From Lachnospiraceae bacterium (GTDB lineage: Bacteria; Bacillota; Clostridia; Lachnospirales; Lachnospiraceae): a stretch of DNA of 64,000 bases. The notes beneath the pieces are model-generated. The model did not search any database. It was not told the DNA's origin and saw only the letters and a program-made list of their open reading frames with translations. The position numbers and the translations under genes were made by a program. The DNA lies in NCBI GenBank assembly GCA_017465475.1, contig JAFTWC010000003.1, positions 25,725-89,724 on the forward strand, in the 5' to 3' direction. Shown here one piece after another: positions 38,300 to 47,478 of this stretch; position 1 is the stretch's first letter; every line of letters starts with the position of its first letter.

Positions 38300-40156
38300 A
38301 TGAAAAAGAAGAAAGAAAGGGAACGTACCAGAGCGTTAAAAAACAATCTGTATGCGTTGAAACTGGGCTGGCAGATTGCACCGGAGCTGGTAATTCATAT
38401 GGCGGTGGCAAGGATTCTGGGGTATTTTGAGTGGCTGTTTTACAGTGCGTTTTTCATGCGCTATGTCATCAATGCCTTGGAGACGGAGCAAGAGGTAGCA
38501 TCCATATTTGTTTTTCTTGGAGTGACGGTGGCAGTGTTTGCCTCCATGACATTATATAACCAGTACCTGGAAGGAAAGGTATGGCCCGTTGCTACTGCGA
38601 AGGTGCACAAGAAGCTGAACCTGCGCTTGTTTGAGAAGTCTACCAATGTGGAGCTTTCCTGTTTTGAGGACAGTGAGTTTTACAACAAGTATACGCTGGC
38701 AACGGAGGGTGCGGCGGATAAGCTGATTGAGACCATTTCAAATCTTTGGGGAGTGTTCTTCGGAAGTATTGCGGCGGTGTTGGGCTTTTATCTGATGTAT
38801 GACATTGATAAATGGTCGATGCTGTTTGTTATTTTCCCGGTTATCGGAAATTTTGTGTTTAATCGGAAAGTGGGGCAGATTGATTATAACCGAAATAAGG
38901 ATATGGCACCTCACAACCGCAGAATTGCATATGTCAACCGTGTCATGTATTTGGCAGAGTATGCCAAGGAGATGCGTTTGACCAATGTATTTTCTTTGAT
39001 GAAGAGAGATTACAGAGAAGCCATCAGGGGCGTTGCGGATGTCACAAAGAAGTATTCCGCAAAGGCGGTGATTCTTCACTGGTTGTATGTCCAGTTTACA
39101 TTTTCCTTTATTTTTGAGGGTGTGTTGATTTACGGAGCATACCGTACGCTGGTAAATGACAGTATGAGCCTTGCAAAATTGGCGGTACTCACCAGTATGA
39201 TGGTATCCTGTACCTGGATATTAATCGGATTCACGGATTATCTGGTGGCGGGCTTTAAGAACGGTTTATTTGTGGATAATTTGCGTAACTTCTTAGAGTA
39301 CGAAGAAAAAATTCCGGAAGATTATCCGGGCGATGATCCTGGTACCGTGATTGAAAGCATTGAATTTCGGAATGTATGCTTTTCCTATAAAGATGAGGAA
39401 GTGATTAAGGATTTGTCCTTTGAACTGCGGGGCGGTAAGACCTATGCACTGGTAGGGCATAACGGCGCCGGAAAATCCACCATTATCAAGCTTTTGATGC
39501 GATTTTACGACCCGACCTCCGGTGAAATTTTCTTAAACGGAAGAAACATTAAGGAGTATGAGCTTCAGAAGTATCGTGCTCTGTTTGCGGGAGCCTTTCA
39601 GGATTACCAGATTTTTTCCTTGTCGGTGTTGGAAAATGTAATGATGCGTAAGAGTACGCAGGAAGATGAAGCGGAAGCGGTGCGGGCGTTGAAGCTTGCC
39701 GGAGTCTATGAGAAGGTGCAAAGTCTTCCGAACGGGATACATACCATACTGACGAAGGAATTTGCAGAGGACGGAGCGGTTCTTTCCGGCGGGGAATATC
39801 AGAAAATTGTGGTAGCGAGAGCCTTTGTGCAGAAGCGTCCGGTAAAGATTTTTGATGAGCCGTCATCCGCCTTAGACCCGATTGCAGAGTATCAGTTATT
39901 TGAAAGTATTTTACAGGACGGCCAGGATAAGACGATGCTTTTTATTTCCCATCGTTTGTCTTCCGTACAGAATGCGGACTGGGTGTTTATGCTTGAGAAC
40001 GGAACTATTATCGAGCAGGGTTCCCATAAGATGCTGATGGCAAATCACGGAGCTTATGCGGATATGTATGAAAAACAGGCAATCAACTATCTGGCAACGG
40101 ACAGAACAACCTTAGAGGGAAGCTTCTTTGCCGCTGATAAGGAGGTGGCTCGTTAA
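38300..40156 (+). CDS. ABC exporter, fused permease/ATPase subunit (heterodimer partner 1)
   Basis: 6-TM domain plus NBD (GHNGAGKST, LSGGEYQK, IFDEPSSALD). Confidence 0.9.
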   Translation: MKKKKERERTRALKNNLYALKLGWQIAPELVIHMAVARILGYFEWLFYSAFFMRYVINALETEQEVASIFVFLGVTVAVFASMTLYNQYLEGKVWPVATAKVHKKLNLRLFEKSTNVELSCFEDSEFYNKYTLATEGAADKLIETISNLWGVFFGSIAAVLGFYLMYDIDKWSMLFVIFPVIGNFVFNRKVGQIDYNRNKDMAPHNRRIAYVNRVMYLAEYAKEMRLTNVFSLMKRDYREAIRGVADVTKKYSAKAVILHWLYVQFTFSFIFEGVLIYGAYRTLVNDSMSLAKLAVLTSMMVSCTWILIGFTDYLVAGFKNGLFVDNLRNFLEYEEKIPEDYPGDDPGTVIESIEFRNVCFSYKDEEVIKDLSFELRGGKTYALVGHNGAGKSTIIKLLMRFYDPTSGEIFLNGRNIKEYELQKYRALFAGAFQDYQIFSLSVLENVMMRKSTQEDEAEAVRALKLAGVYEKVQSLPNGIHTILTKEFAEDGAVLSGGEYQKIVVARAFVQKRPVKIFDEPSSALDPIAEYQLFESILQDGQDKTMLFISHRLSSVQNADWVFMLENGTIIEQGSHKMLMANHGAYADMYEKQAINYLATDRTTLEGSFFAADKEVAR

Positions 40157-41946
40157 TGAAAAAAGTGTGCAGTAATCTCTGGTTTATGTGGAAGCTTTGT
40201 TTTAAGACGGCACCGGGTTTTATGCTGTATCATTTGTATGACGGCTTCCGGTTGCAGATTATGATTTTTTTGGAACATACCCTTTGCATCCAGTACGTAT
40301 TAAAGTGTGCGGAGTACGGAGAACCGTTTTGGAAGGTGTTTTTAGTTGTGGGAGGATTTTTGTTACTCATGATGCTGGTGACGATTCCGGACGGATATTA
40401 TCAGCATGCTATGGTATATCGCGTCAAACCGAAGCTTTATAAGGCTTTAAAGGATCAGATGTACGAAAAAGCAGCGGAGCTTGATCTTTCTTGCTATGAC
40501 AATCCGAAATACTACAATGAGTTTGTGTTGGCTGTGTCGGAGTCGGAGACTTCCATTGACCGTTTCCTGACGTTCTTAAACAATACGGTACAAAGTATAA
40601 CCATCTTAATTAGCACCGGTGTGTTCTTTATCTTGACGGATTCCATCGGAATTTTGTTTGTATCGGTATCCTTTGTGGCATCCTTCTTCCTGGCGAAGAA
40701 GTTAAATAAGTTGAATTACGATGTACGTATGAAAGTGAATCCTTGGGAACGTAAACGGAACTATGCCGGTCGTGTCTTTTACTTAAACGACTATGCGAAG
40801 GAGTTGCGTCTGAACAAGGATGTTGCCAAGATTTTGAAGGAAGACTTTGAAGAAGCCAACGATGCCATTGTGGCGGAACAGAAGGCAGTGGCAAAAAAGA
40901 GAATCGGACTGTCCTTTTTGCGGTATTACTGTGCAGGAGACTTTATTACGGATGGTTTGTATGTGGCCTATTTGATTTTCCAGGCAGCGGTATTCCATAC
41001 CATCGACTACAGCAATGCGGTGGTGCTGTTTAACCAGACCGGACGTTTGCGCAGGGGCATGCGCGGTATTGCGGAAATCGGACCGGCAGCCAATGAAAAC
41101 AGCTTGTACATAGAGAAAATCAGAAGTTTCCTTGCCTATGAACCGGAAATGAAGCAAGGTGTAGGTGAGGAAGTACCGGCAGGAACGGGAAGTCTGGAGC
41201 TGAAAAACGTGTCTTTCCGTTATACGGAGGATTCCGAGGAGATTTTACATGATATCAGCCTTAAGGTAGAACCGGGGGAGCGCGTGGCTATCGTAGGTTA
41301 CAACGGTGCCGGAAAGACGACGTTAATCAAGCTTTTGATGCGTTTGTACGACCCGAGTGCAGGTACGGTGGCTTACCACGGAAAGGACATTAAAGAGTAT
41401 GTACTTTCTGACTACAGAAATCGTGTAGGTGTTGTATTCCAGGACTTTAAGATGTACGGTGCAACTCTGTTGGAAAATGTGGTATTGGAAGATGTGGGCG
41501 ACGGTAAGAAGGAAGAAGCGGCAGTAACCGAAGCACTTTGTAAGAGTGGGTTCGGGGACAGAATCGAAACCTTGCCGAAGGGGCTTTCTACCGGTCTGAC
41601 CACGGAGTTCGACGAAAAAGGAGTGAACTTATCCGGCGGTGAAAGTCAGAAGGTAGCTATTGCAAGAGCCTTTTACCGTCAGGCGGATATTCTTATTATG
41701 GATGAACCGTCTTCTGCATTGGACCCGATTGCAGAGTACAATTTAAATAAAGCCATGCATGAGGCAGCGGAAGGAAAAACCGTATTCTATATTTCCCACC
41801 GTCTTTCCACCACCAGAGAGGCGGACCGTATCCTGATGCTGGAAAAGGGCCGGATTATTGAGGAAGGTACCCATGAGGAGCTGCTTGCAAAAAACGGGCA
41901 GTATGCCGAGATGTGGTATGCCCAGGCAGGAAAGTACACGGCGTAG
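40156..41946 (+). CDS. ABC exporter, fused permease/ATPase subunit (heterodimer partner 2)
   Basis: 6-TM domain plus NBD (GYNGAGKTT, LSGGESQK, IMDEPSSALD). 1-nt start/stop overlap with the upstream gene. Confidence 0.9.
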   Translation: MKKVCSNLWFMWKLCFKTAPGFMLYHLYDGFRLQIMIFLEHTLCIQYVLKCAEYGEPFWKVFLVVGGFLLLMMLVTIPDGYYQHAMVYRVKPKLYKALKDQMYEKAAELDLSCYDNPKYYNEFVLAVSESETSIDRFLTFLNNTVQSITILISTGVFFILTDSIGILFVSVSFVASFFLAKKLNKLNYDVRMKVNPWERKRNYAGRVFYLNDYAKELRLNKDVAKILKEDFEEANDAIVAEQKAVAKKRIGLSFLRYYCAGDFITDGLYVAYLIFQAAVFHTIDYSNAVVLFNQTGRLRRGMRGIAEIGPAANENSLYIEKIRSFLAYEPEMKQGVGEEVPAGTGSLELKNVSFRYTEDSEEILHDISLKVEPGERVAIVGYNGAGKTTLIKLLMRLYDPSAGTVAYHGKDIKEYVLSDYRNRVGVVFQDFKMYGATLLENVVLEDVGDGKKEEAAVTEALCKSGFGDRIETLPKGLSTGLTTEFDEKGVNLSGGESQKVAIARAFYRQADILIMDEPSSALDPIAEYNLNKAMHEAAEGKTVFYISHRLSTTREADRILMLEKGRIIEEGTHEELLAKNGQYAEMWYAQAGKYTA

Positions 41947-42207
41947 AGGGACGCAACCGCTCTGATGCGGCATCCATGCCTTATGGCGAGCTCGCTCAGA
42001 CATCCTGTCTGAGCGTTGCTGTATTCTTACGAAGTAATAAGAAAGTCTAATATCCTGCACAAAGTTCGAAGATACGTTTATGTGCGGGAAGCTCCTGAGA
42101 CTTTGAAAAGAGTGGCCACCCGAATCATCCCTGAAAGTTAAGAAAAGTGAAGGTTGCCGGATGGATAGTAAGTATGAGTTTCTTTCCTACAAGTACGGAT
42201 GAAAGAG

Positions 42208-42247
42208 AAAAAACAAGTTTGTAACGGAATGCAAACTTGTTTTTTTA
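42208..42247. terminator. strong intrinsic terminator, with an A-run and a T-run flanking the stem
   Basis: AAAAAACAAGTTTG, 10-nt loop, CAAACTTGTTTTTTT. Confidence 0.8.
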
Positions 42248-42340
42248 TATAGTTATGGTAAAATGGTGGTATGCGACTGTTTGTTGAAATGTAAATGGTA
42301 AGGCTGATTTATTAAAGGTTATAGAGCGAGGTTATTTTCT

Positions 42341-43786
42341 ATGAAAAAGGGTATGGATTATATCGGTGTGGTTGAGCGTGTGGATTTTCCCAATAAGGGA
42401 TTTGTTCGGGTGATTCCGGATTGTGAGGAGAATGCTGCTGATGCAGAAATTCGTGTGACAGTAAAAGGCGTTTTAGAGGGACAGAAGGTGAAGTTTCGGT
42501 TGTCGAAGCTCCATGTAAGCAGTAAAAAGGGAGAAGGTCGCCTGTTAGAAGTGATTACACCGGCTCCGCAAGAGGTGAAGGCACCGTGTGCCTTGTTCGG
42601 AAGTTGTGGCGGTTGTGCGTACCAGAGTCTTCCGTATGAAGCCCAGCTTGCTTTAAAGGAAGAGCAGATTCGTCGCCTTATGGATGGGGTGATTACCGAG
42701 CCTTATGAGTTTATGCCGATTCGAAGAAGTCCGCAACCGTTACACTACCGTAACAAGATGGAGTTTTCTTTCGGTAACGAGTATAAGGACGGACCGCTGG
42801 CATTAGGATTGCATAAAAAGGGCAGCTTTTATGATGTGCTGACTACGGATTCCTGTCAGATTGTCCATGAAGACTACAATTTGATTTTAAGGGAAGTGCT
42901 GTCTCTTTGTAAAGAGACCGGGCTTGCCCATTTTCATAAAATTACCCATAAGGGATATTTCAGACATCTGGTCGTGCGGAGAGGGCTTAAGACCGGCGAG
43001 ATTTTGGTAAACCTTGTGACAAGCTCCGATACCAAGACCTATATTGGCGGACAGGCAGAGGAAATGAACTTTGTTGAAGAAGACTTTTTAAAGACTCTTT
43101 GTGACCGTTTACTTGCACTTCCTTTAGAAGGGAAGATTGCCGGTATCATTCATATCAGAAATAACAGTGTTGCAGATGTGGTAATGAGTGAAAAGACTAC
43201 GGTTTTATACGGGAAGGACCATTTTTACGAGGAACTTTTGGGACTGAAGTTCCGTATTACCCCGTTTTCCTTTTTCCAGACCAATTCTCTCGGGGCGGAG
43301 GTGCTTTACAGTACCGCCCGAGAGTTTATCGGAGCTGTGGACGGAAAGCTGGTGTATGACCTATACAGCGGCACCGGAACCATTGCCCAGATGGTGGCAT
43401 CGGTGGCACGTAAGGTTATCGGTGTGGAGATTGTGGAAGAAGCAGTGGAAGCTGCAAAAGAAAATGCAAAGGCAAACGGCATTGAGAATTGTGAGTTTAT
43501 TGCCGGAGACGTATTGAAAGTGTTAGATACCATTGAAGAACGTCCGGATATGATTATTTTAGATCCGCCGAGAGACGGAATTAATCCGAAAGCGTTGGAT
43601 CGGATAATCAATTACGGAGTGGACAACTTAGTATATATCTCCTGTAAGCCTACCAGTTTACAGAGAGACTTGGTGACGTTACAAGAGCGAGGGTACCGTG
43701 TAGTAAAGGTATGTCCGGTGGACGAGTTCCCGATGACCGCACATACCGAGACATGTGTACTCTTATCGAAGACAAGCGAAGCGTAG
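42341..43786 (+). CDS. 23S rRNA (uracil-C5)-methyltransferase, RlmD/RumA family
   Basis: TRAM-like N-terminus, Fe-S cysteines (CALFGSCGGCAYQ) and a SAM methyltransferase fold (DLYSGTGTI ... DPPRDG). Confidence 0.9.
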   Translation: MKKGMDYIGVVERVDFPNKGFVRVIPDCEENAADAEIRVTVKGVLEGQKVKFRLSKLHVSSKKGEGRLLEVITPAPQEVKAPCALFGSCGGCAYQSLPYEAQLALKEEQIRRLMDGVITEPYEFMPIRRSPQPLHYRNKMEFSFGNEYKDGPLALGLHKKGSFYDVLTTDSCQIVHEDYNLILREVLSLCKETGLAHFHKITHKGYFRHLVVRRGLKTGEILVNLVTSSDTKTYIGGQAEEMNFVEEDFLKTLCDRLLALPLEGKIAGIIHIRNNSVADVVMSEKTTVLYGKDHFYEELLGLKFRITPFSFFQTNSLGAEVLYSTAREFIGAVDGKLVYDLYSGTGTIAQMVASVARKVIGVEIVEEAVEAAKENAKANGIENCEFIAGDVLKVLDTIEERPDMIILDPPRDGINPKALDRIINYGVDNLVYISCKPTSLQRDLVTLQERGYRVVKVCPVDEFPMTAHTETCVLLSKTSEA

Positions 43787-43829
43787 TCTGAGATTAGAGT
43801 TATCGAATAACAAAGTTGACGAGGAACTT

Positions 43830-44351
43830 ATGGAAACAAAAGATTTAATTTTACGAGCATGGCAGGAACGGGATGCGGATAGTCTATTTGAATTATGTCA
43901 GGATAGCGAAATGGAGAAAAACGGAATCTCGTATTTTGATTCAAAAGTAGAATGTCTGGAACTGGTAAAAGCATGGATGGAGGACTTCGGTTTTCTTGCG
44001 ATTGTCAGGAAAACGGACAATGAATTAGTTGGTTTTATTTCTCTGGGGGACATGAACCGCTACGAGGGGTATTTGGAATTAGAGTACGGAATCGGTGCGA
44101 ACTACCGCAACAAAGGATACGCTACCCAGGCAATTAAGTGTGCATTGGAATACGGCTTTTGCAAGTTGAATGCTTCTGTAATTGCGGCATGGGTGCGGTC
44201 CCATAATGCAGGTAGTGCGCGTGTTCTTTTGAAGAGTTCCTTCACATTTGAAGGAAGACTTAGAAAACATGCCAGAGACGGTAGCGATACCTTATGCTAT
44301 TCGATTTTAAAGGAAGAGTGGGAAAGTAAACCGAGAGAGCAAGTGTTTTAA
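43830..44351 (+). CDS. GNAT family N-acetyltransferase (RimJ/RimL-like)
   Basis: YRNKGYATQA acetyl-CoA binding motif. ATG 43830 was chosen because the longer ORF overlaps the methyltransferase gene. Confidence 0.8.
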   Translation: METKDLILRAWQERDADSLFELCQDSEMEKNGISYFDSKVECLELVKAWMEDFGFLAIVRKTDNELVGFISLGDMNRYEGYLELEYGIGANYRNKGYATQAIKCALEYGFCKLNASVIAAWVRSHNAGSARVLLKSSFTFEGRLRKHARDGSDTLCYSILKEEWESKPREQVF

Positions 44352-44389
44352 GTGACGGAAGAAAGCAGTGTTTTGCAGAGGAGTAAATC

Positions 44390-45268
44390 ATGAAGTACAT
44401 AGAAAAACATCCGATGATTATGATTGTGGTAGGTATTTTAGGAATATCCATGTCTGCAATTTTTGTAAAATATTCCACGGCACCGTCCGCGGTGACGGCA
44501 ACCTATCGATTGTTATGGACGGTGGTTCTGATGTCTTTTGTTGTGCTCGGGAAAAAAGAAGTGCGTCGGGAGTTGTTTGCACTGGATAAGAAGAAAGTGT
44601 GTTTAAGCGCAGTCAGCGGATTGTTTTTGGCAATCCACTTTGTACTGTGGTTTGAATCATTGAAACATACAACGGTGGCAAGTTCCACTACAATCGTTTG
44701 TACGGAAGTAATCTGGGTAGCGCTCGGATTTTGCATTTGTATGAAAGGCAAAATAAAGGGAAAGGCAATTTTGGCAATTGCAGTTACCTTTGGAGGAAGT
44801 ATTGTAATTGCATGTGCGGACTCGGCTTCTGGAGGAGTGCATTTGTTTGGGGATTTGTTGGCATTGTTAGCTGCGATAGCGGTTGCGGTATATACATTGA
44901 TAGGACGTATCGTCCGTGAAAAAGTTTCTACAACTGTTTATACCTATGTAGTGTATTCTGCTTGTGCCTTTGTGCTGGTTGTAATCTGTCTGATACAAGG
45001 GTATGCTCTTTTTGATTATGGGATAAGCCCGATTGTTGTGGGAGCATTACTCTCTGTTTTTTCTACTATTTTAGGTCACAGTATATTTAGCTGGTGTCTG
45101 AAATATTTTTCACCGGCCTTTGTGTCAGCGTCGAAACTTTGCGAGCCGGTGGTGGCTGCCGTATTTGCTGCTTTTTTGTTTGGAGAAATACCGGCAATAC
45201 CTGTATTTGCAGGTGGTGCCATGATACTTGGCGGTGTGCTTTATTATTCAAGGATCGAATCAAAGTAG
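44390..45268 (+). CDS. DMT superfamily (EamA-like) transporter
   Basis: 10 predicted TM segments in two EamA halves. Confidence 0.8.
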   Translation: MKYIEKHPMIMIVVGILGISMSAIFVKYSTAPSAVTATYRLLWTVVLMSFVVLGKKEVRRELFALDKKKVCLSAVSGLFLAIHFVLWFESLKHTTVASSTTIVCTEVIWVALGFCICMKGKIKGKAILAIAVTFGGSIVIACADSASGGVHLFGDLLALLAAIAVAVYTLIGRIVREKVSTTVYTYVVYSACAFVLVVICLIQGYALFDYGISPIVVGALLSVFSTILGHSIFSWCLKYFSPAFVSASKLCEPVVAAVFAAFLFGEIPAIPVFAGGAMILGGVLYYSRIESK

Positions 45269-45294
45269 AAGAGGTGTTTGTAAGGAGGTAACAA

Positions 45295-45882
45295 ATGAGA
45301 CTGATCGATATTTCGCAAGAGGTTTTATCCTGTAAGGTATTTCCGGGAGATGACAGCCCGAAGGCGGAGCAGGTACTTTGTGTGGAAAAAGGAGATGTTT
45401 GTAATCTTTCCGTGCTTTCTATGTGTGCCCATAACGGCACCCATGTGGATGCACCATTTCATTTTTTGAACGACGGAAAGACGGTGGACGAGATTTCTTT
45501 GGAAGCGTTTGTGGGTGATTGTTTTGTGGTCCGGCACGAAGGGGATGTATCCGCAGAGGATGCGAAGGAGATTTTGAAGAAAGCAGAAGAAGTCGGAGTT
45601 CGCGAGCGTATTTTAATTGCCGGGAAAGCAACGGTGACCCTTGCGGCAGCGGAGGTGTTTGCGGAAGCAGGAATAAAGCTTCTGGGAAATGAAAGCCAGA
45701 CGGTAGGGCCGGAGAATGCACCTATGGCAGTACATAAGGTGTTGCTTGCAAAGGAAATTGTACTGTTGGAGGGTGTTGTGTTGACCGATGTTACGGAAGG
45801 AGCGTATTTTTTGAGTGCGGCACCCCTTAACTTTGCGGGATTTGACGGAGCACCGTGCCGGGCATGGTTGATGGAGAAGTAG
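45295..45882 (+). CDS. cyclase-family protein (arylformamidase / kynurenine-formamidase-like)
   Basis: HNGTHVDAPFHF matches the HxGTHxDxPxH motif of the putative cyclase family. Confidence 0.8.
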   Translation: MRLIDISQEVLSCKVFPGDDSPKAEQVLCVEKGDVCNLSVLSMCAHNGTHVDAPFHFLNDGKTVDEISLEAFVGDCFVVRHEGDVSAEDAKEILKKAEEVGVRERILIAGKATVTLAAAEVFAEAGIKLLGNESQTVGPENAPMAVHKVLLAKEIVLLEGVVLTDVTEGAYFLSAAPLNFAGFDGAPCRAWLMEK

Positions 45883-45891
45883 GAGGGGGAA

Positions 45892-46368
45892 ATGCAGACA
45901 AGAAAATCAAGCCGGGCAATTGTTTTAAATAAGCAGAATCAAATATTTCTGTTTTGCTATACTTTCGACTTCTTTGCCGAAAACGATGCCATCTGGATAA
46001 CACCAGGTGGAGCATTGGAGGAAGGAGAGTCCTTTGAAGGTGCTCTGAAAAGGGAGCTTTTTGAAGAACTTGGGATTAAGATTACGGCGCAGGCACCGTT
46101 TGTTTTTTATCGGACACCGATGTATAAGTTAAAGGGCGGAGAAACGGTGCGAAGTGAGGAACGGTTTTATCTTGTATATTGCGATGATGAGACGTTTTCT
46201 TACAACGGTTGGAGTGAGAATGAGATGAAAAAGATGACTGCCGGAAAGTGGTGGTCTGTGGAAGAAATCAAAAAGTCTTCCGAGAAGTTTTTCTCGGAGG
46301 ATATCGTGGAAATACTGGAGAGGCTTTCCGCGGGAGAAATCCTGAAAGAACCGTTGGAGATTCGGTGA
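45892..46368 (+). CDS. NUDIX hydrolase
   Basis: Nudix box GGALEEGESFEGALKRELFEELG. Confidence 0.85.
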   Translation: MQTRKSSRAIVLNKQNQIFLFCYTFDFFAENDAIWITPGGALEEGESFEGALKRELFEELGIKITAQAPFVFYRTPMYKLKGGETVRSEERFYLVYCDDETFSYNGWSENEMKKMTAGKWWSVEEIKKSSEKFFSEDIVEILERLSAGEILKEPLEIR

Positions 46369-46391
46369 GAGACTGAACGCTGTTGAAGACA

Positions 46392-46857
46392 CCCAACGAA
46401 ACGAAGAAAAAGAAGAAATCGTTGGGTGGAAGAGCCAGGGTGAACCCAACGAAACGAAGAAAAAGGAGAAATCGTTGGGGGGAAGAGCCAGGGTGAACCC
46501 AACGAAACGAAGAAAAAGAAGAAATCGTTGGGTGGAAGAGTCAGGAAGAACCCAACGAAACGAAGAAAAAGGAGAAATCGTTGGGTAGAAGAGTCAAGGT
46601 GTACCCAACGAAACGAAGAAAAAGAAGAAATCGTTGGGTAGAAGAGCCAAGAAGAACCCAACGAAACGAAGAAAAAGAAGAAATCGTTGGGTAGAAGAGC
46701 CGGGAAGAACCCAACGAAATGAAGAAAAAGAAGAAATCGTTGGGTAGAAGAGTAGGGGAGAACCCAACGAAACGAAGAAAAAGGAGAAATCGTTGGGTGG
46801 AAGAGCCAAGGTGGACCCAACGAAACGAAGAAAACCAAGAATAAGTTGGATTATACC
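46392..46857. repeat. tandem array: 8 complete and 1 degenerate copy of a 53-bp unit, each holding a hairpin (CCCAACGA / TCGTTGGG arms, 19-nt purine-rich loop)
   Basis: Motif starts at 46392, 46445, 46498, 46551, 46604, 46657, 46710, 46763 and 46816, an exact 53-bp period. Confidence 0.95.
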
Positions 46858-46873
46858 GTGCAAGCGTTATAAT
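46846..46873 (+). promoter_or_regulatory. sigma-A-type promoter of the HIT gene
   Basis: TTGGAT, 16 nt, TATAAT. The -35 lies inside the degenerate last repeat unit. Confidence 0.45.
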
Positions 46874-46901
46874 AAATATCAAAAAAGGCAGGGTTGATAA
46901 A

Positions 46902-47317
46902 ATGATACATAAAAACAACGATTGCATATTTTGTAAAATAATAAGCGGTGAGCGCCCGTGCAAGAAGGTGTACGAGGATGAGTATACTTTAGTAACCATG
47001 GATAAAGCCGGAGATGCAGACGGACATATGCTTGTGATGCCGAAAAAACATGTAAATAACATTATGGATACGGACATTGAGTCGTTAAATCAGATGATGG
47101 CGACGGTGAAAAGGTGTCCAATCATTGCGTGGACAACTGCGGATACGAAGGAATTAACCTGATAGGGACCAACGGACCCGGCGCGGACCAAACGGTTCCC
47201 CATTTTCATATGCATGTGATTCCGCGTAAGAAGGATGACGGCATCGAAGCTTGGCCGGAGTTCGGCGGGGCGAAGCATGACATGGACGAGATATTTGAGA
47301 AAATCAAGATGATGTAA
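46902..47317 (+). pseudogene. HIT-family (histidine triad) protein interrupted by a 1-nt frameshift
   Basis: The two ORFs 46902-47162 and 47114-47317 together give a complete HIT protein (CIFCKI..., HMLVMPKKH, HFHMHVIPR). The frame changes at the A4 run 47109-47112. Confidence 0.8.
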
Positions 47318-47478
47318 GAACGGAACTTGTGAGTCGACAACGCCGGAGTGAGGATGTATAAGAAAGGAAAATGAGAGCCGGAGATGTTTTGAGGCGGACC
47401 GGAAGTTAGGGACGGTTCATGTTTGAAAACTGCCGGAAACGGTGGAAAAGAGAGAGCTATGGGAGAAGGAGAGTCAGT

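Noticed and set aside
46392-46857. CRISPR array interpretation of the 53-bp repeats (35-nt palindromic repeat plus 18-nt spacer).
   Set aside because: The 18-nt linkers are variants of one purine-rich sequence, not unique spacers, and they are too short for spacers. No cas genes or leader lie in the window. The array behaves as a plain tandem duplication.
46200-47077. Three overlapping minus-strand ORFs (46200-46838, 46541-47077, 46594-46863) encoding FFVSLGS..FSSFRWV-type repeats.
   Set aside because: All three reverse frames are open only because the repeat is purine-rich on the + strand. The 53-bp period is not a multiple of 3. The ORFs overlap the NUDIX and HIT genes and have no RBS. They are artefacts of the repeat.
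47106-47114. Programmed -1 ribosomal frameshifting in the HIT gene.
   Set aside because: G-AAA-AGG is not a canonical X-XXY-YYZ slippery heptamer, and I see no downstream stimulatory structure. A homopolymer indel (sequencing error or true mutation) is the simpler explanation. The case is kept as a finding rather than asserted.
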